Assembly: GCF_009914755.1 (NCBI RefSeq)
Contig: NC_060926.1
DNA length: 64,000 nucleotides
Source: the human T2T-CHM13v2.0 reference genome, Homo sapiens
Reading direction: 5' to 3' (one strand)
Made by a program: the position numbers and the translations under genes. The notes below the pieces were generated by a model. That model searched no databases. It was not told where the DNA came from and worked only from the letters and a program-made list of their open reading frames with translations. Shown piece after piece: positions 28,162-43,716 of this stretch (its first letter is position 1; each line of letters begins with the position of its first letter).

Positions 28162-28640
28162 GATGATTCTGAAATATATGATTCCATTTGCTATTGACAA
28201 AGTACATTTCCAGTTTAGTCAATTTGTTGAACTTCAAATCGTAGATGTCAGGGAATGCATCAAAACCTATTACAGAAAAGACAGATACATTGCTTCTTGC
28301 ATCAAAACATTGTTTAGAGTGATTAGTTATACTGCAATTCTCTTTGAAGAGTTCAAGTTTCTCCCATTTCTAAGACAACATCCAGAAGTCATGCTATTTT
28401 AGCTGAAAAGCATGCAAACTCTTGTAAATATATTTTGGTTTATTTAAAAAATGTTAGAATTATACTAGACTATTTTAAATAATGTGATGTGCTGAAAACT
28501 ATTTTAATTGTTTATTTGTACTTAATTGATGTGTTGTGGTATTGTATTTACTGTGTCATATGTGGTCTGACCCCACCACAGGGTGAGATATACCCCAAAG
28601 TAGGAAATGAAAATAAATGCGCTTTTTTCAGTTTACTGTA
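28162..28640 (+). other. Candidate terminal exon / 3'UTR-like segment (unverified)
   Basis: CACTAAC branch-point match at 28119-28125, acceptor ctgtttttag|G at 28161, AU/GU-rich unique sequence, AATAAA at 28612-28617. Confidence 0.25.
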
Positions 28641-28650
28641 AACAGTATAG
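28451..28650 (+). repeat. Copy 1 of a 200-bp dispersed direct duplication
   Basis: Ungapped match to 30154-30353 with 9 mismatches counted by eye (about 95%). Confidence 0.97.
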
Positions 28651-28899
28651 ATATATTGCTTTTAAAAGTACAAGGTTGATAGGCAAAATGAAAAATGTTT
28701 ATAAATGTTAAGAATACATATTCTAGGTGATGTCAGGCTAAATACAGAGACTAGTTTATTCTGTATTACACCAAATATCTATTGAGTATTTATTATATTC
28801 CAAGAATAGTTCTTGACGCTGGGGATAGAAGGGAAAACAAAAACAAACCCAGAGGTTGTGGAGATTATATGACAGTGGGGTAATGAAAAAATAGGCAAG

Positions 28900-29199
28900 G
28901 GCTGGGCACGGTGGCTCACGCCTGTAATCCTAGCACTTTGGGAGGCCGAGGCAGGCGGATCACGAGGTCAGGAGATCGAGACCATCTTGGCTAACACGGT
29001 GAAACCCCATCTCTACTAAAAATACAAAAAATTAGTCAGGCGTGTTGGCAGGCGCCTGTAGTCCCAGCTACTCGGGAGGGAGGCAGGAGAATAGTGTGAA
29101 CCCAGGAAGCGGAGCTTGCAGTGAGCCGAGATCGCACCACTGCACTACAGTCTGGGCGACAGAGTGAGACTCCGTCTCAAAAAAATAAAAAGAAAAAAT
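28900..29199 (+). mobile_element. Alu (AluY-like)
   Basis: Full dimer with 'gatcacgaggtcaggagatcgagaccatc' and 'gcggagcttgcagtgagccgagatcgc'. Confidence 0.97.
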
Positions 29200-30153
29200 A
29201 CTCAGACAAATAAAATATAATATAATATTATGTAGTGATAAATGCTAAGAAGAAATTTATAGCAGGGATAGAGAAGGGGTGTTATTATGAAAGGGTTGTC
29301 TCTGAGGAATTGACATGTGAGCGAGGACCTGAATGAAATGAATGAACTGTGGAGATGAGCTGGGTGACTACTCAAGTGAAGATTGTTTCAGGAAGCGGTT
29401 AAAATGAATATAATGGCGCCAAGTTGAGAGAGTGTTTGAGAGTTGCAAAGAAGCCAAGAAATTGTCATAAGCAAGGAGAAAAATGGCAGGAAATGGGAGT
29501 AGGGAGATATTCAGTGTCAAATCAGGTAGGATCTAATAGGCCACAGCAAAGATTTAGGATTTTATTCTGAGTGTTGGAAAACTAATGCAGGGTGTCTAGC
29601 GGCAGAGTGACATGACATAATTTCCATTGTAAGAGACACTTTGGCTACTGTGGGCAGAGCTGACTACTGATTCACCACAACAGAAGATTTCTTGGGGGCC
29701 CAGGTAGTGAACCTAAGAGAAAGATGGTGATGGCTTGGATTAAGCTGGTGTAGGGAAAAGAGAATACATTTTGGATATCACTTGAATTGAGATCTAACAG
29801 GATGGATTTGATGAATTAAAAGGAAAGCTATGAGAAATAGAGAGGAATAAGGGTGACTCCAAAGTTTTTCCTTAATAAATTAGATGTTTTATGCTGATAA
29901 CTGCTGTGATGTGGTCTTCTAGAGGAAGAGTATATTTGACAAGGGGTAGGAGAGAGAATCAAGAGCTCAGTTTTACATTTGCAAAGATCGAAATGACCAT
30001 CAGACATCCTGGTACAAGTATAAAGATTTTGAGGAGATGTTCATGCTGAAGATCTAAATTCAGGAGTCATCAACATATGGAATATGTTGAATCATTGGAG
30101 TGGACAGAACCGTCTAAGAATAAGGGACACTATAGCATTTCAAGACTGAGGAG

Positions 30154-30353
30154 ATGTTAGAATTATACTAGACTATTTTAAATAATGTGATGTGCTGGCA
30201 ATTATTTTAATTGTTTATTTGTACTTAATTGATGTGTTGTGGTATTGTATTTACTGTGTCATATGTGGTCTGACCCTACCACAGAGTGAGATATACCCCA
30301 AAGTAGGAAATGTAAATAAATGCTCTTTTTTCAGTTAACTATAAACAGTATAG
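30154..30353 (+). repeat. Copy 2 of the 200-bp duplication, inserted in L2
   Basis: atgttagaattatactagac...aacagtatag; L2-like sequence on both sides. Confidence 0.97.
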
Positions 30354-31475
30354 GTATAGGATCCAGGGCACCGAGAAGGAGCAGCCAGATGGGTAAGGAT
30401 ATAAATCAGGAGAATACGTTGTATCAAATCTCAAGTTAGAGAAAAAGATGTAAAGGAAGAGGGAGTGATGACGTGGATCAAATGATACTGAGAGTTTGAA
30501 CTAAGTGGGTGAAGGGAGTGTGGAAAGGGGTGGGGATAGACACAGGGCTGGAGGCTAGTTTTGATATATAGTATGGCATATTTGTGTGCTGAATAAATGA
30601 TACAGAAGAGAGGAGAAATGATGACATGATGAGGTAGAAGACAGAAGAGATAATTGCATGAGAAATGTCCCTGAGTAGGCAGAAATGGGATCGTGTGTGA
30701 GAAGCTGGCCCATGTAGAATAGGGACAGTGGGCTCATTGAGTCATCAGAGAAGGCAGAGCACACATGGGTACAGATACTGGTGGATTGGAAGTTTTGGTG
30801 GCAGGAGATTGAAGGCCTCTTCTGATTCATTTGCAGTGGAATAAGAAAGAAGTTTATGAGCTCCAAATAAACATTTTGTACTTCTGTTTCCCTCACCAGA
30901 CTTTTTGCTAAGGTCAGAGATCAAGTCTTCTCCATCTTTATATCACTAGCATCTGACCCAATGCATGGCACATATTAAATACCACATGAATGATTGTAAA
31001 ACTCAAATGAATAATAATGTTTAAAAATTACTCTTGGCTTCACCTTCAGTTAATATGTTAAGCACATTTACATTACTATTTATTTTATTTAGGTAGAATT
31101 AAAGTATTTATTTATTTATAGGAAGTTGATTTTGAATATCTTACCTTAAAGTGAGGCTCTCATCCACTGACATTTGGTTTTTCTTTCTAGAAGTTTTTCA
31201 ATCTAGAAGAGGGGATTGATTTTCTCAGGCCACCTAGGTGCTACACATACACAAAAACATTCAAAGATGTTCAAAGAGCCTACCTTTCTCACCAAGATAA
31301 ATTTCCAAGTGACTAATATCATTATCAATGATGGTCTTGACTTTTAAAAAGTCAGGTGAAAGATGACATGGAATTTGAAAATTTGAGCTGTTTTGAAAGA
31401 AATACCAAAAGATAAAAAGTAGCAAATAATCACTGTATATCTTTTTCTATGTTGACTACTTTGACGTTTCTCAAA

Positions 31476-31713
31476 CAAAGGTTTCTTAATCTCAACACTT
31501 GACATTTTCGTCTGGATAATCACTTGCTGTGGGGATTGGGGGTGGGAGCGAACTGCCCTGGACATTTAAGGATCTTTAATAGTATTCTTCGCGTCTGTCC
31601 ACTAAATGACAATAACACACCCCTCCCAAGTGTGACAATCATCAGTGTTTCTAGAAATTGCTAAATCCCTGCAGGTGGAATGAGGGAGAATCACTCTGGT
31701 TTGAGAATCACTA
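31476..31713. mobile_element. MER20 (hAT-Charlie MITE)
   Basis: 'caaaggtttcttaatctcaacacttgacatttt...ggataat' ... 'tgtgacaatc...tttctagaaattgctaaat...ggtttgagaatcact'. Confidence 0.88.
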
Positions 31714-32376
31714 CTGAAACAAACAAACAACAAAAGACAAGTTTCCCCAGGCTTTTGGGTGATTCACTCCAGAAACAGGTTATTATTTGGAGTAAAATTT
31801 TGGAGTTTTTAATCTAATTAGGGCATGGCTCTGAAGGTATTGTCCCAGGAATCATCACTGAGATGATCAATTCCTATTTTACATTCATAGAATACCTTCA
31901 TCTTGGATACATTACAAAACATTCAAAGCTAAATACTCATTAGTTAGAATGTAGCCAAAGCTGCCATATGCAAGGGGAACACAGCTGCCAGAAGAATATT
32001 TCTCAGAGACAGAACTATGACCAATGGCGCTAATTTTAAAGAGAGACAGTTTGATTTGTGATAAGAAAGATGGTTCTAATGATTAGTAGTGACTAAAAAT
32101 GGAACTAGCAGCCCCAGGGTTCCTTTTCAATAGACTCAATCAAGCCAAAGTTATATGGTAACATTTCAGGAATATTGATAAAGAAAAAGAAAGCATTGGT
32201 TGGATTTGAAATCTCATTCAGTCCTCAGAGTCCAGAATGAAAGGGGAGGCAATAGAACCACCCACAATTAAGTGGCATCAGACAAAAAGTATGTAATAAA
32301 AGGCAAGGAAACAATAATGGGAAGCAAAAAAACTGGATTAATGTGAGAATAAGGAAGTCCTCATCTTCAGAAAGTA

Positions 32377-33984
<1,608 letters not shown>

Positions 33985-34071
33985 TATTTATACTTCTCGG
34001 GAGAAGGAAAGAAAGAATTTAAATGTGTGATCATCTTCACTTTAAGATTCTCAGCAACTCTAAACTTGTGA

Positions 34072-34670
<599 letters not shown>

Positions 34671-34699
34671 TGGAACCATATAGTTTAGTTTCCTATCTG

Positions 34700-35092
34700 G
34701 CTCCTACCTGAGCCCTGTGAATTTTGTAGTTTTTCCAAAAAGGAGATATTTCGAGAGAATAGCATGCTAAAAATCAGACTTCTACTAAATAATCTAATCT
34801 TCACTACTTGCATCCCTTTTCCAGAGTTGAAGTGGAACCAAAGGAGTATAGTAGTATTTTTCTGCAACTTTCAAGTTCACATTTATTAATTTTTTAATGT
34901 TAATTTTCTGGAGTTTGTATGTTTGTGCTTTTTTATAGCCTTTTCCATTTATAATTTGTTGTAATTTCCTTTCTTATTCTACATAAATGTTCCTTTTTGT
35001 GCCAAGTTATATATTTGTGATTTTATGTTCTTTTTCTGTAAGAGGCCTCCAAACTGTAGCTTTAGGTCTGACAAAACCTAGATCTGACCTTC
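34700..35092 (+). mobile_element. hAT-Tip100 relic (Zaphod/MER115-like 3' end)
   Basis: Ends 'aagaggcctccaaactgtagctttaggtctgacaaaacctagatctgacc', the same terminus type as the MER91-like element at 38062. Confidence 0.55.
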
Positions 35093-36899
35093 AGTTATAT
35101 TTTCTAACAAGTTTCTGTCTTAGTTTTTAGAGAAGTGAAAAAGTGAAAACTGTTTTCCTAACCCCTGAATTGTGGTCGTCCTCCTGGTAAATAATAGCCA
35201 GGTCATAGAGCAGATATGCGGGCCTTGGGAAGCTTCTGAAACAGCCATTTCTAACAGATTCTCCCAACATCCACCCGCTCCAGGATTTGAGTGCCACTGG
35301 AAATCATAAATAAATCTGCAATAAGAATTGTGTACATGCTTTTATTCATATAAGGTTTACAGTTTATTTTTGGATATTTTTATATACTTTTCCTGACTAG
35401 CTATTTTAAATGAGCCTGCAAAATACCACAAAATCAGTAAGGTATGGAGCACGCCTAGAATCCTGCTTTGTAGACTGTAGTAGTTATTTCCATCATAACA
35501 CGCAAAAGGGACACACTGCAGCTTTGAACAAATCTGCCATTATCACTGGCAAAATTTTACATCCTTTACAAATGATACCAAGTAGATCTGCTTCTCAGGT
35601 AGACTACGATACACATTTCTGGCATAGAAATCAGTCACTGTGAACCTTTGAATCACATTCTGTCTCTGTCAGGAAGAATTCTAACTGTCAGGAATCTGTT
35701 ACTATTTCGTAGGCAAAATGAAAATTGTATGATTCTGCCTTACAGGACTGAGAAGTGCAAAAATACCGAGAAAGAAGAATTTCACAGGAATAAGATGATG
35801 CTTCATAATGTTTTGTAACATTAGATCATCTTTCTTCCTGAATTCATTGCTTGCATCCTGGGTATGGCTGAGATGATGAGAATAAGATGGCAGTGAAGAA
35901 ATAAAATGAAGGAACAGGAAATTCATGGTTGACGTTCAAACCTGCTAGTAAGTTATGTCCCTGACCAGTGCCTCCTCCTTTACTATCCTCTTACTTTTCC
36001 AAACAATTTAGTAATTCTGCTGCAGCATTTTGACTCTCCTTGGTTAAGATTTTCACAGCTTTGCCAACTGACATCAGTCACCTCATTCCTTACTCCACAT
36101 TTCTGTGTTTTTCTTTCCCTCCTCTGAGGGGAAGTATCTCTTCTTGATGCTCTTTTTTTGCACATTTAGAGTTAATAATTTGTCCATGTTTTTGTCAATT
36201 GTACTTATGTGTCTAGAAATCTCAGGGAAGTCATCTACTCCTTAAAGAAGAGTCATTTTCTCTTTTCTTTTTCTTTTTCTCTGGTACATTGCACAACATC
36301 TACAATGTTAGCAGGGGGTCTTTAATCCACAGTGCCACTAGCAAAGCTGAGTAGCTGAATAACATGGCAGACGCTCCTGATGCTTCGCTATTCTTCTTAG
36401 AGAAGGGGAGAGAAAGAGGACATTAGAGGAGTGCTATATATGAAATGGTTAAAAAAAAAGGGGGGGGGGGAAGAGTGGATGCAAAACTTAACGTAATGAT
36501 TCACAAAAATAAAATAAGTTGCCTTTCAAGACCCCAAGGTTGCAAGATACCCGGAGAACTTTATTACTGTTTTTCTCTCTGCATCTTCCCATTCTCATCA
36601 TGTGATTTGGCTTTTTTCAATAAGACCTATGTACAGCCTTTTTGCTTTCATACTTACTACAAAAAACATTTCTTTTTTTAAATCTGTTAACCTCTAAACT
36701 GATCTCCCAGTACGCTTTGGCCTCTTTACTGTATGCACTTCTTTCAGATTAACTTTTCAAAATCACTTTCCTGTTCAGTCCATTCCCCTGCTAAAGATTT
36801 CTACCCATTGGCAACCACCTTAGAACCTACACTGGGATAGGAATACAAAGATATCAGTGATGTAACCCTACCATTGTAAACTTAAATACTTCAATTCCA

Positions 36900-37268
36900 A
36901 TATACCTTCCAACTAAAACTGGACTGTTTCCTGTTCCTTGCAATGTTCTGTCCCCAGGGCTTTGCCCCCCTATCTACCTGGAACTCTTTATTGTATTATT
37001 TTATAGACAAATCTCATCTTTCAGGCATCATTCTAAATGATACGCTCTCTACAAAGTATTAATCTTTTAAATTCAGATAACCTTCTGTTGCTTCTCATGC
37101 CATTAAGCATATTCTATCTGGTATTGGAGATATCTCTGTACTTGTTTTTATTTCTATAAGAGGACTATAAACTCTGTAAGAGCAAGAGTATTGTAACAAT
37201 TTTTACTTGTTAGTAGTCAATGATTTACATAATACCATGTGAATATTAGACACTCAATTAATAATATT
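36900..37268 (+). mobile_element. L2 3' relic
   Basis: 'cagggctttgc...ctacctggaac', 'gactataaactctgtaagagcaagag', 'cactcaattaata'. Confidence 0.6.
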
Positions 37269-37349
37269 AATTTTTTAAGCTAACTGAAACATGAGCCAAA
37301 TGACAGGGGCAATTCAGAGAAAATAAGTCAGTTTTATGAAATGCTGTTA

Positions 37350-37566
37350 AAACACACACACACACAAATACGTATATCTGATACACACACAAATATATAC
37401 ACACACAAATACATATATCTGATACACACACAAATATATACACAGACATTTATACAAATGTATGTATGTATATACACATACATATATACTATATACACAG
37501 ATATATACTATGTATGTATGTGTATATACAAATATATACATATACACATATTTATAATATATATGT
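37350..37566. repeat. (CA)/(TA) compound microsatellite containing a tandem unit of about 40 bp
   Basis: 'cacacacaaatac(g/a)tatatctgatacacacacaaatatata' present twice. Confidence 0.92.
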
Positions 37567-38061
37567 AAACAAGAAATACAAAACAAGAGGATCTGGGACT
37601 TTCTGAAAACACTTTATCTCTGTTTGTTTCATGCACATTCCTAAGTGTTGTTCTCTATATTCTGATACTTCTACAACTCTTTGCCTCCCTTCTTTACCTT
37701 CCAAATTCATTTAGCACAGATTTCACCCATATTAACGCTTGAAGGGTCCCAAGAGGGCCCATGAAAAAAATTGTGGTAGTATTCATCCCACCCTCATTCC
37801 CCGCCCCCAGCACTGATGGAATTCTGCTGGATCTGGTGTAATAATTTTTGCAACCAATGATATACTCAACAAAATGTCATTCGTTTTAGACTAAAATACA
37901 GCATTATCCAAGTTCATAAAGGGCAGGCACTATGGAATGTTTTCTCTGAGGAACTAATGCTACATATTTAGCTGAGTTAATAAAGAAGCAGTATGGCCTA
38001 AAGAAGCAAAAACTTTATATTGTGATTGGCTTGAATCTTTTCTTTCACATCCTGTACCAGA

Positions 38062-38254
38062 CAGAGAAGATTTACTGTGAAGCTAAAAATGTTTCGTTGA
38101 TGTTTCAGGGCCCCATATTTGTATGGGCCCCAGGACAGGCCATAGCAATTTTGTGTTTGTAATTTTGTATTTTACTATTTTCAGCATTACCTTTTCCAAC
38201 CCCTGTCAAGTTGTAGAAGCTTCAAGCCTCACAAAACATAGACTTGCGCCCATG
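38062..38254 (+). mobile_element. MER91-like hAT-Tip100 MITE
   Basis: 'gatttactgtgaagcta...ttcagggcccc...aattttgtattt...aagcttcaagcctcacaaaac'. Confidence 0.75.
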
Positions 38255-38679
38255 TTATGACTTCCTCCAAGCAGGGTCCTGACATTGCTAATCTTCTGAA
38301 TGAACAGCAGTTACATTGATAGAAAGGAGTTATAAACTTACAGCGCTTTGTTTTTTTTGATTGGGAAAAATTCCCATCCACTTCTCTTTCTATGCCTTTT
38401 ATTCATCACTTGTCAGTACAAAAATACAACAAATAATAAAGGACACATATTTTCATAAAATAGCAATTAAACAATGTCTATTTTTATTTCAACCAAGAGT
38501 AGAGCAATAAGTTGTATCCGAAATGAGAGAAATTATTTCCATATTATGTTGAATAATACACATATCAGAGCAAAGACCATAGGAAGACAGACAAGGAGAA
38601 AACATAAGAGCTATTATAAGTAGTGATTGTGAGAAAACATATGCAATATACTAGATAAAAGGAGAATATCTCTAATAGC

Positions 38680-39119
38680 TGACAGACAGCTCCCTGGATC
38701 ATTTGTGTTTCTGCACATCTTATAAATAAGGCATTAACTGTCCTTTGTTCTGGACTATGTCTTCAAGAATGTATGGATAGCAAACAACATTGGAAGTTAT
38801 AGACAGTGTCTATCTCTGGAGCAAAAGGCAGGAATGCTGACTGTCCATTATAAAAACTTTGGGTTTCTTCCCTTTAACACAACTTACTGAATGTGCAGAT
38901 GTCATCTAGCCCCATCGGCAACATCCGTGTGGGACTTGTAGGTGAAGAGAACTGACCCAAACATACTGATGCTCATGATGCTTCCTGTGTCCTGAGAAAT
39001 AATGCCCTTTGTCTCTGACCCAGGAGTCTTGTGTCTTCTGCCTGCATCCATAAAACTATAGCAGAATGACTGTTAGTTTTCAAGTAGTGTAAAATTTCAA
39101 ATCTTCACAGATTTTGACA
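38680..39119 (+). mobile_element. ERVL solo LTR (LTR40-like)
   Basis: 'tttctgcacatctt...cctttgttctggactat...tctggagcaaaaggcagg...gtctctgacccaggagtcttgtgtcttctgcc...tttgaca'. Confidence 0.75.
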
Positions 39120-39889
39120 CGTATACAGTGAGCTTATGCAACTTAATAAAAACGAATAGAAAAGCAAACTAGTAAGATAAATATTTAGTAGAACATAAAA
39201 ATGTAAACATCTATACTTTAATACCTTTACATCTTTACTCATCAGGAGTTATTAAATAATATTAAGATGTCATTTTGCACTCATCAATTGACAAAAACTA
39301 AAAAAAATAGCAATAGGAACCAGACGCAGAGAAGAGATAGACAAACAGATACTTTCATGTATTGCTGGTGGATGTGAAAAGTAATAAAACAGTTTAGAAA
39401 AGTTGTGTGTTTATATCTTCTTGGCCAGCCGTCCCACTTTTGAAATCTATCAAAGGGAATAAAACTCCAATGACTCTGTCTGTCTCTCTCTCTCTCTGTC
39501 TCCCTCTCTATATATACACAAGTATATGTGTGTGTATGTATGTATGTGTAATCTTTAGATATAGGTAGCTTATCCTTGTCTGAAATGGGATGCAATTATG
39601 AGAAAGAAAATATTAGATCACTATGTATTAACTTGAAAGGATGCCCATGAATTATTAAGTTACAAAATTACAAATGTAATATAAGAAGTGATTTGATTCT
39701 TCTTTTGAAAAAGAATAAACATAGTACATACATGTGTGTATGTGTAACTTTATTGTAATCTGTCACAATGGGCAAGTAAGGATTGAATATATTATTTAAT
39801 CCAAAGGTAACTGCAAATTGACTTTCCTCTGGTGCTGTGGAAGAGATTAATAACTTACACTGAGCTAGCATCTCAATCTCAATAGCAGC

Positions 39890-40052
39890 TTAGTCAAAGC
39901 TGCAGTTAGGCTTTGGAATCAGACAGACTGGAATTCCTATCTGGATTGGACAGCTGACTGGCTGAATGAACCTGGGCAAGTCATTTGGTCTTTCTGAGCC
40001 CCTGTTTATTATCTGTTAAAATGGAAATAACAATAGTGTCTACCTCACATAT
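39890..40052 (+). mobile_element. MIR SINE
   Basis: 'ggctttggaatcagacagactgg...ccctgggcaagtcattt...atctgttaaaatggaaataacaatag...acctcac'. Confidence 0.85.
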
Positions 40053-41839
40053 TTTTAACTTACAGTTCTGTCATAGAGTCAATGATGGTATTGGTAATGA
40101 AATTTACCACTTAAAGTGGATATTTTATGTGATTCTCTTCTTGTCTTTTAAAAATAGTAGATAGCTCACTTAGCTGCCTATACAGAAATGATAATACCTC
40201 AGATTTTCTCACTATTTTTCTATACAAGCTCATCAAACAACAATTGAACAAAGGCCTTGAGGTGCCCAGAAAGCCGAAGTGTGCACATTGTTAGTGCTGT
40301 TTATCTTCAATGAAGATTAGAACTGCGACCATTAGATGGCTTAATGGGTGTGAAGAAAACCTTTAGTAATACAGCTAAAGTATCATTAGCATGTTTACAA
40401 TTTACCATCTGAAACAACTGTTATATTTTACAAATGAAAAAATAATTATCCCACACCTTCCTTAAGTAAAAACCATAGTTTCCTGTCAAATTGAGTGCAA
40501 GAAATCCCTAAAAAAATGTAAAAAGGCTGTTGTCCAAGTTTTTATTTCAATAACATCAGAGAAAATAAACCAGCTGAGCTACTTGTCATTTTCTTTAATT
40601 TCTCAACTATGGAGTGCTTCAGTGAAGGAGCTATTTATAACTCTCATTTCTCCTTTAAATTCTTACCTTGTAGGGATCTAGCTAGATTGGAGAAAAGCCC
40701 TAATTTTGTTCAGGATTGCATAGGCTGCCATCAAATCATGGTTTTGAATTAATCAAAAGTCTGATTACTCTCCCTGAAACTACACAAGTATTAATGGTTT
40801 CCTTGTCAGCACTTAATGAGAATTTTCTTTGGATTGATAGTCTCCAGTGCTTTGTTCATTCACGTATGTACAATTTTTAATCATCAGTTTAGGTAAGATG
40901 TGAGTATTTGTTTTCAAGTTGTAGAAGATAATGGGACTATTAATGTAACTTAAAAGTAGAATCTGGAAAGTTGGCATGCTAAAATATGAACATAAAGATG
41001 CTGGAATCTGGAAGCTCCATGTCTCAGGGTGTTGATATTATTGTGGAAACCAAATGAAATCCTACAGAGCAAGGACTATGCTATAGACACTGCCTCTATA
41101 TTTCTAGGACCTAGAGCAATACCTGGCACCCAGCCCCAGGGGAAGAAAAGGGAGGAGGAAAACACTTGACCAAAATGCAGCAAAGCGAGACATTAGTTAA
41201 AACATTCACTTCGTGCTAGAAAGAAGCTGTGGCTTCATTTATGTGTCAGAGCTTCTGTTAAACATTTTCTAAAGTCAACATACACATGATGCTTTATTTC
41301 CTCTAAGATAAAATGTCAGTTTCCGGGAATAGAATCATGGTGAATGCCCCTTCTGTCTTATCCCTCTCAATCCCTTGTCAAGCGACAACTTCAATAGCTG
41401 TTGAAAGGAAAGGCACATGTGCACAGAGAGTTAAAACATTTCTTACACGGTGTTAAGAAGGTCAGCAGAGATTTCAAGGTCATTTTTGCCTTCTATTTTC
41501 TTAGGACTCTGAGGAGAAAGATGATTTATGAAATGCATTCCTTTTCCATAAAGTGTGTTTGGTTTGGAGAGGATACCATTTAAGCATTAAATTAAATCAT
41601 CTAATCATCATCAATAAAAGCCAGCTTTTAGTCACTTTTTAAAGATTTTTGAGCACTATAAAATAAAATCTCAAAGCTTTTAATTTCAAAATAAACAACA
41701 TAATTGAAATAGTTTATTTTTTAATACATGAGGCTGTTTAAGAGGCCTAGGGGACCTAGAAATATTAAATGCTCTTTTCCAGATGGAAAGACAGGCAGAG
41801 GAAGAACCAGTGCGCAGAGAAGTCAGTAAATGAGATGGC

Positions 41840-42050
41840 ATGACATAGCAGTTAAGACCACAGCCTCGAGAGCAAGCCAACACTTAATGTATTTCCGTTC
41901 TCAGACAAATCCCTTCACCTCTCTGTGGCTCGATTTTCTCATTCATAAAATGTACATAATGGTAGTAACTTTCTCTCAAGGTTGTTTTGATGATTAGATG
42001 ATTTAATTTATATAAAGCTGTCAGAAATATGTCTAACACACATTAAATGA
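41840..42050 (+). mobile_element. MIR SINE
   Basis: 'acctctctgtggctcgattttctcattcataaaatg...ggttgttttgatgattagatga'. Confidence 0.75.
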
Positions 42051-42338
42051 GCCTTTGCAGTTATAAAAAGACAGAAATATGTTGGAAATAAAGATAAATA
42101 CCAAAATAGTAATTATTTGTTAAATGTGACAGGTTTATATCTCTTGCCTCCAAGCTCCCAGAAACAAAAGACAGGATTCTTGTAGCTCTTCCATCCAGTG
42201 AGTCCAAAACTGTGCAGATGGGCAATTGCTAGTACAGATTCAGGGACTTTAAGAGAAAGAACAGAATGCAGAAATCACAGCTGTGTCCAAGAGATGAATA
42301 TTCCAGTTCCACAAATGGCTGTCCATCTCCCGGAGTCA

Positions 42339-42803
<465 letters not shown>

Positions 42804-43299
42804 TTAACCTGTGTTTTGTGGTGTTTGCTCATCATGACCCTGTCACCTGTGTGCTTCCAAAGTTGCAAAGCGTGACATTATATTTTCTTCTTCCATCAGT
42901 AATGGGTTTGCTTAACATCTGCCAGAGTAAAGGTTTAACTGAGCACACCCTATGTGTTGGCTGAGAGTCAGTTTCCAGTCAAAAAGCACAGTGACCAGCT
43001 TATCGGGAAGGTAAGTGTTGTTTGCACTTTGCCTTATGAGAGGAGCTCAGAGAGGGCAGATACAAACAGTGTCAGGGCTGAAGGGCAGCCTAGTACTTTG
43101 TAAGGCAAAGAACTGTGAGACCCTGTTATCTGACATTTATGATTATTTGGTTATCATTGACTACTTAATATTGTCTGAAGATTTTTAATTCCCTCAAGTA
43201 TTTCTCTCTTGTTCCCACATACTTTCAAAGAGTACCAGGAACCCAGAGGTGAGAATCACTAGAATGAGTGCTAATGGCTTCAAGGTCATCAAGAATTAT

Positions 43300-43672
43300 T
43301 TTTTAAATTATTTTTTATTTCAGTAGGTTTTTAGGAAGCAGGTGGTATCTGGTTAAATGGATAAGTTATTTAGTGGTGATTTCTGAGATTTTGGTGCACA
43401 CATCACCAAGCAGTATACATTGTACCTGATGTGTAGTCTTTAATCCTTCACCCTCCTCCTGCCCTTTCACCCATGTCCCCAAAGTCCAATGTATCATTCT
43501 TATGACTTTGGGTCCTCATAGCTTAGCTCCCACTTATGAGTGAGAACATACGATGGTTGGTTTTCCATTACTGGGTTACTTCACTTAGAATAATGGTCTC
43601 CAATTCCATCCAGGTTGCTGTGAATGCCATTATTTCATTCCTTTTTATGGCTGACTAGTATTCCATTGTGTT

Positions 43673-43716
<44 letters not shown>

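Larger units (their letters stand above)
28760..30850 (-). mobile_element. L2 LINE, interrupted by an Alu and the 200-bp duplication
   Basis: Antisense L2 3' end 'caaatatctattgagtatttattatattccaag...gctggggata', plus 'aagggtgactccaaagtttt' and 'gagaaggagcagccaga'. Confidence 0.82.

Noticed and set aside
28481-28572. Box C/D snoRNA within the duplicated 200-mer (gtgatgt...ctga)
   Set aside because: Box C is imperfect, there is no terminal stem, I recognise no rRNA antisense element, and the duplication boundaries do not match such an RNA.
37350-37566. CRISPR-like or coding tandem array
   Set aside because: Simple CA/TA slippage repeat without unique spacers, in eukaryotic context.
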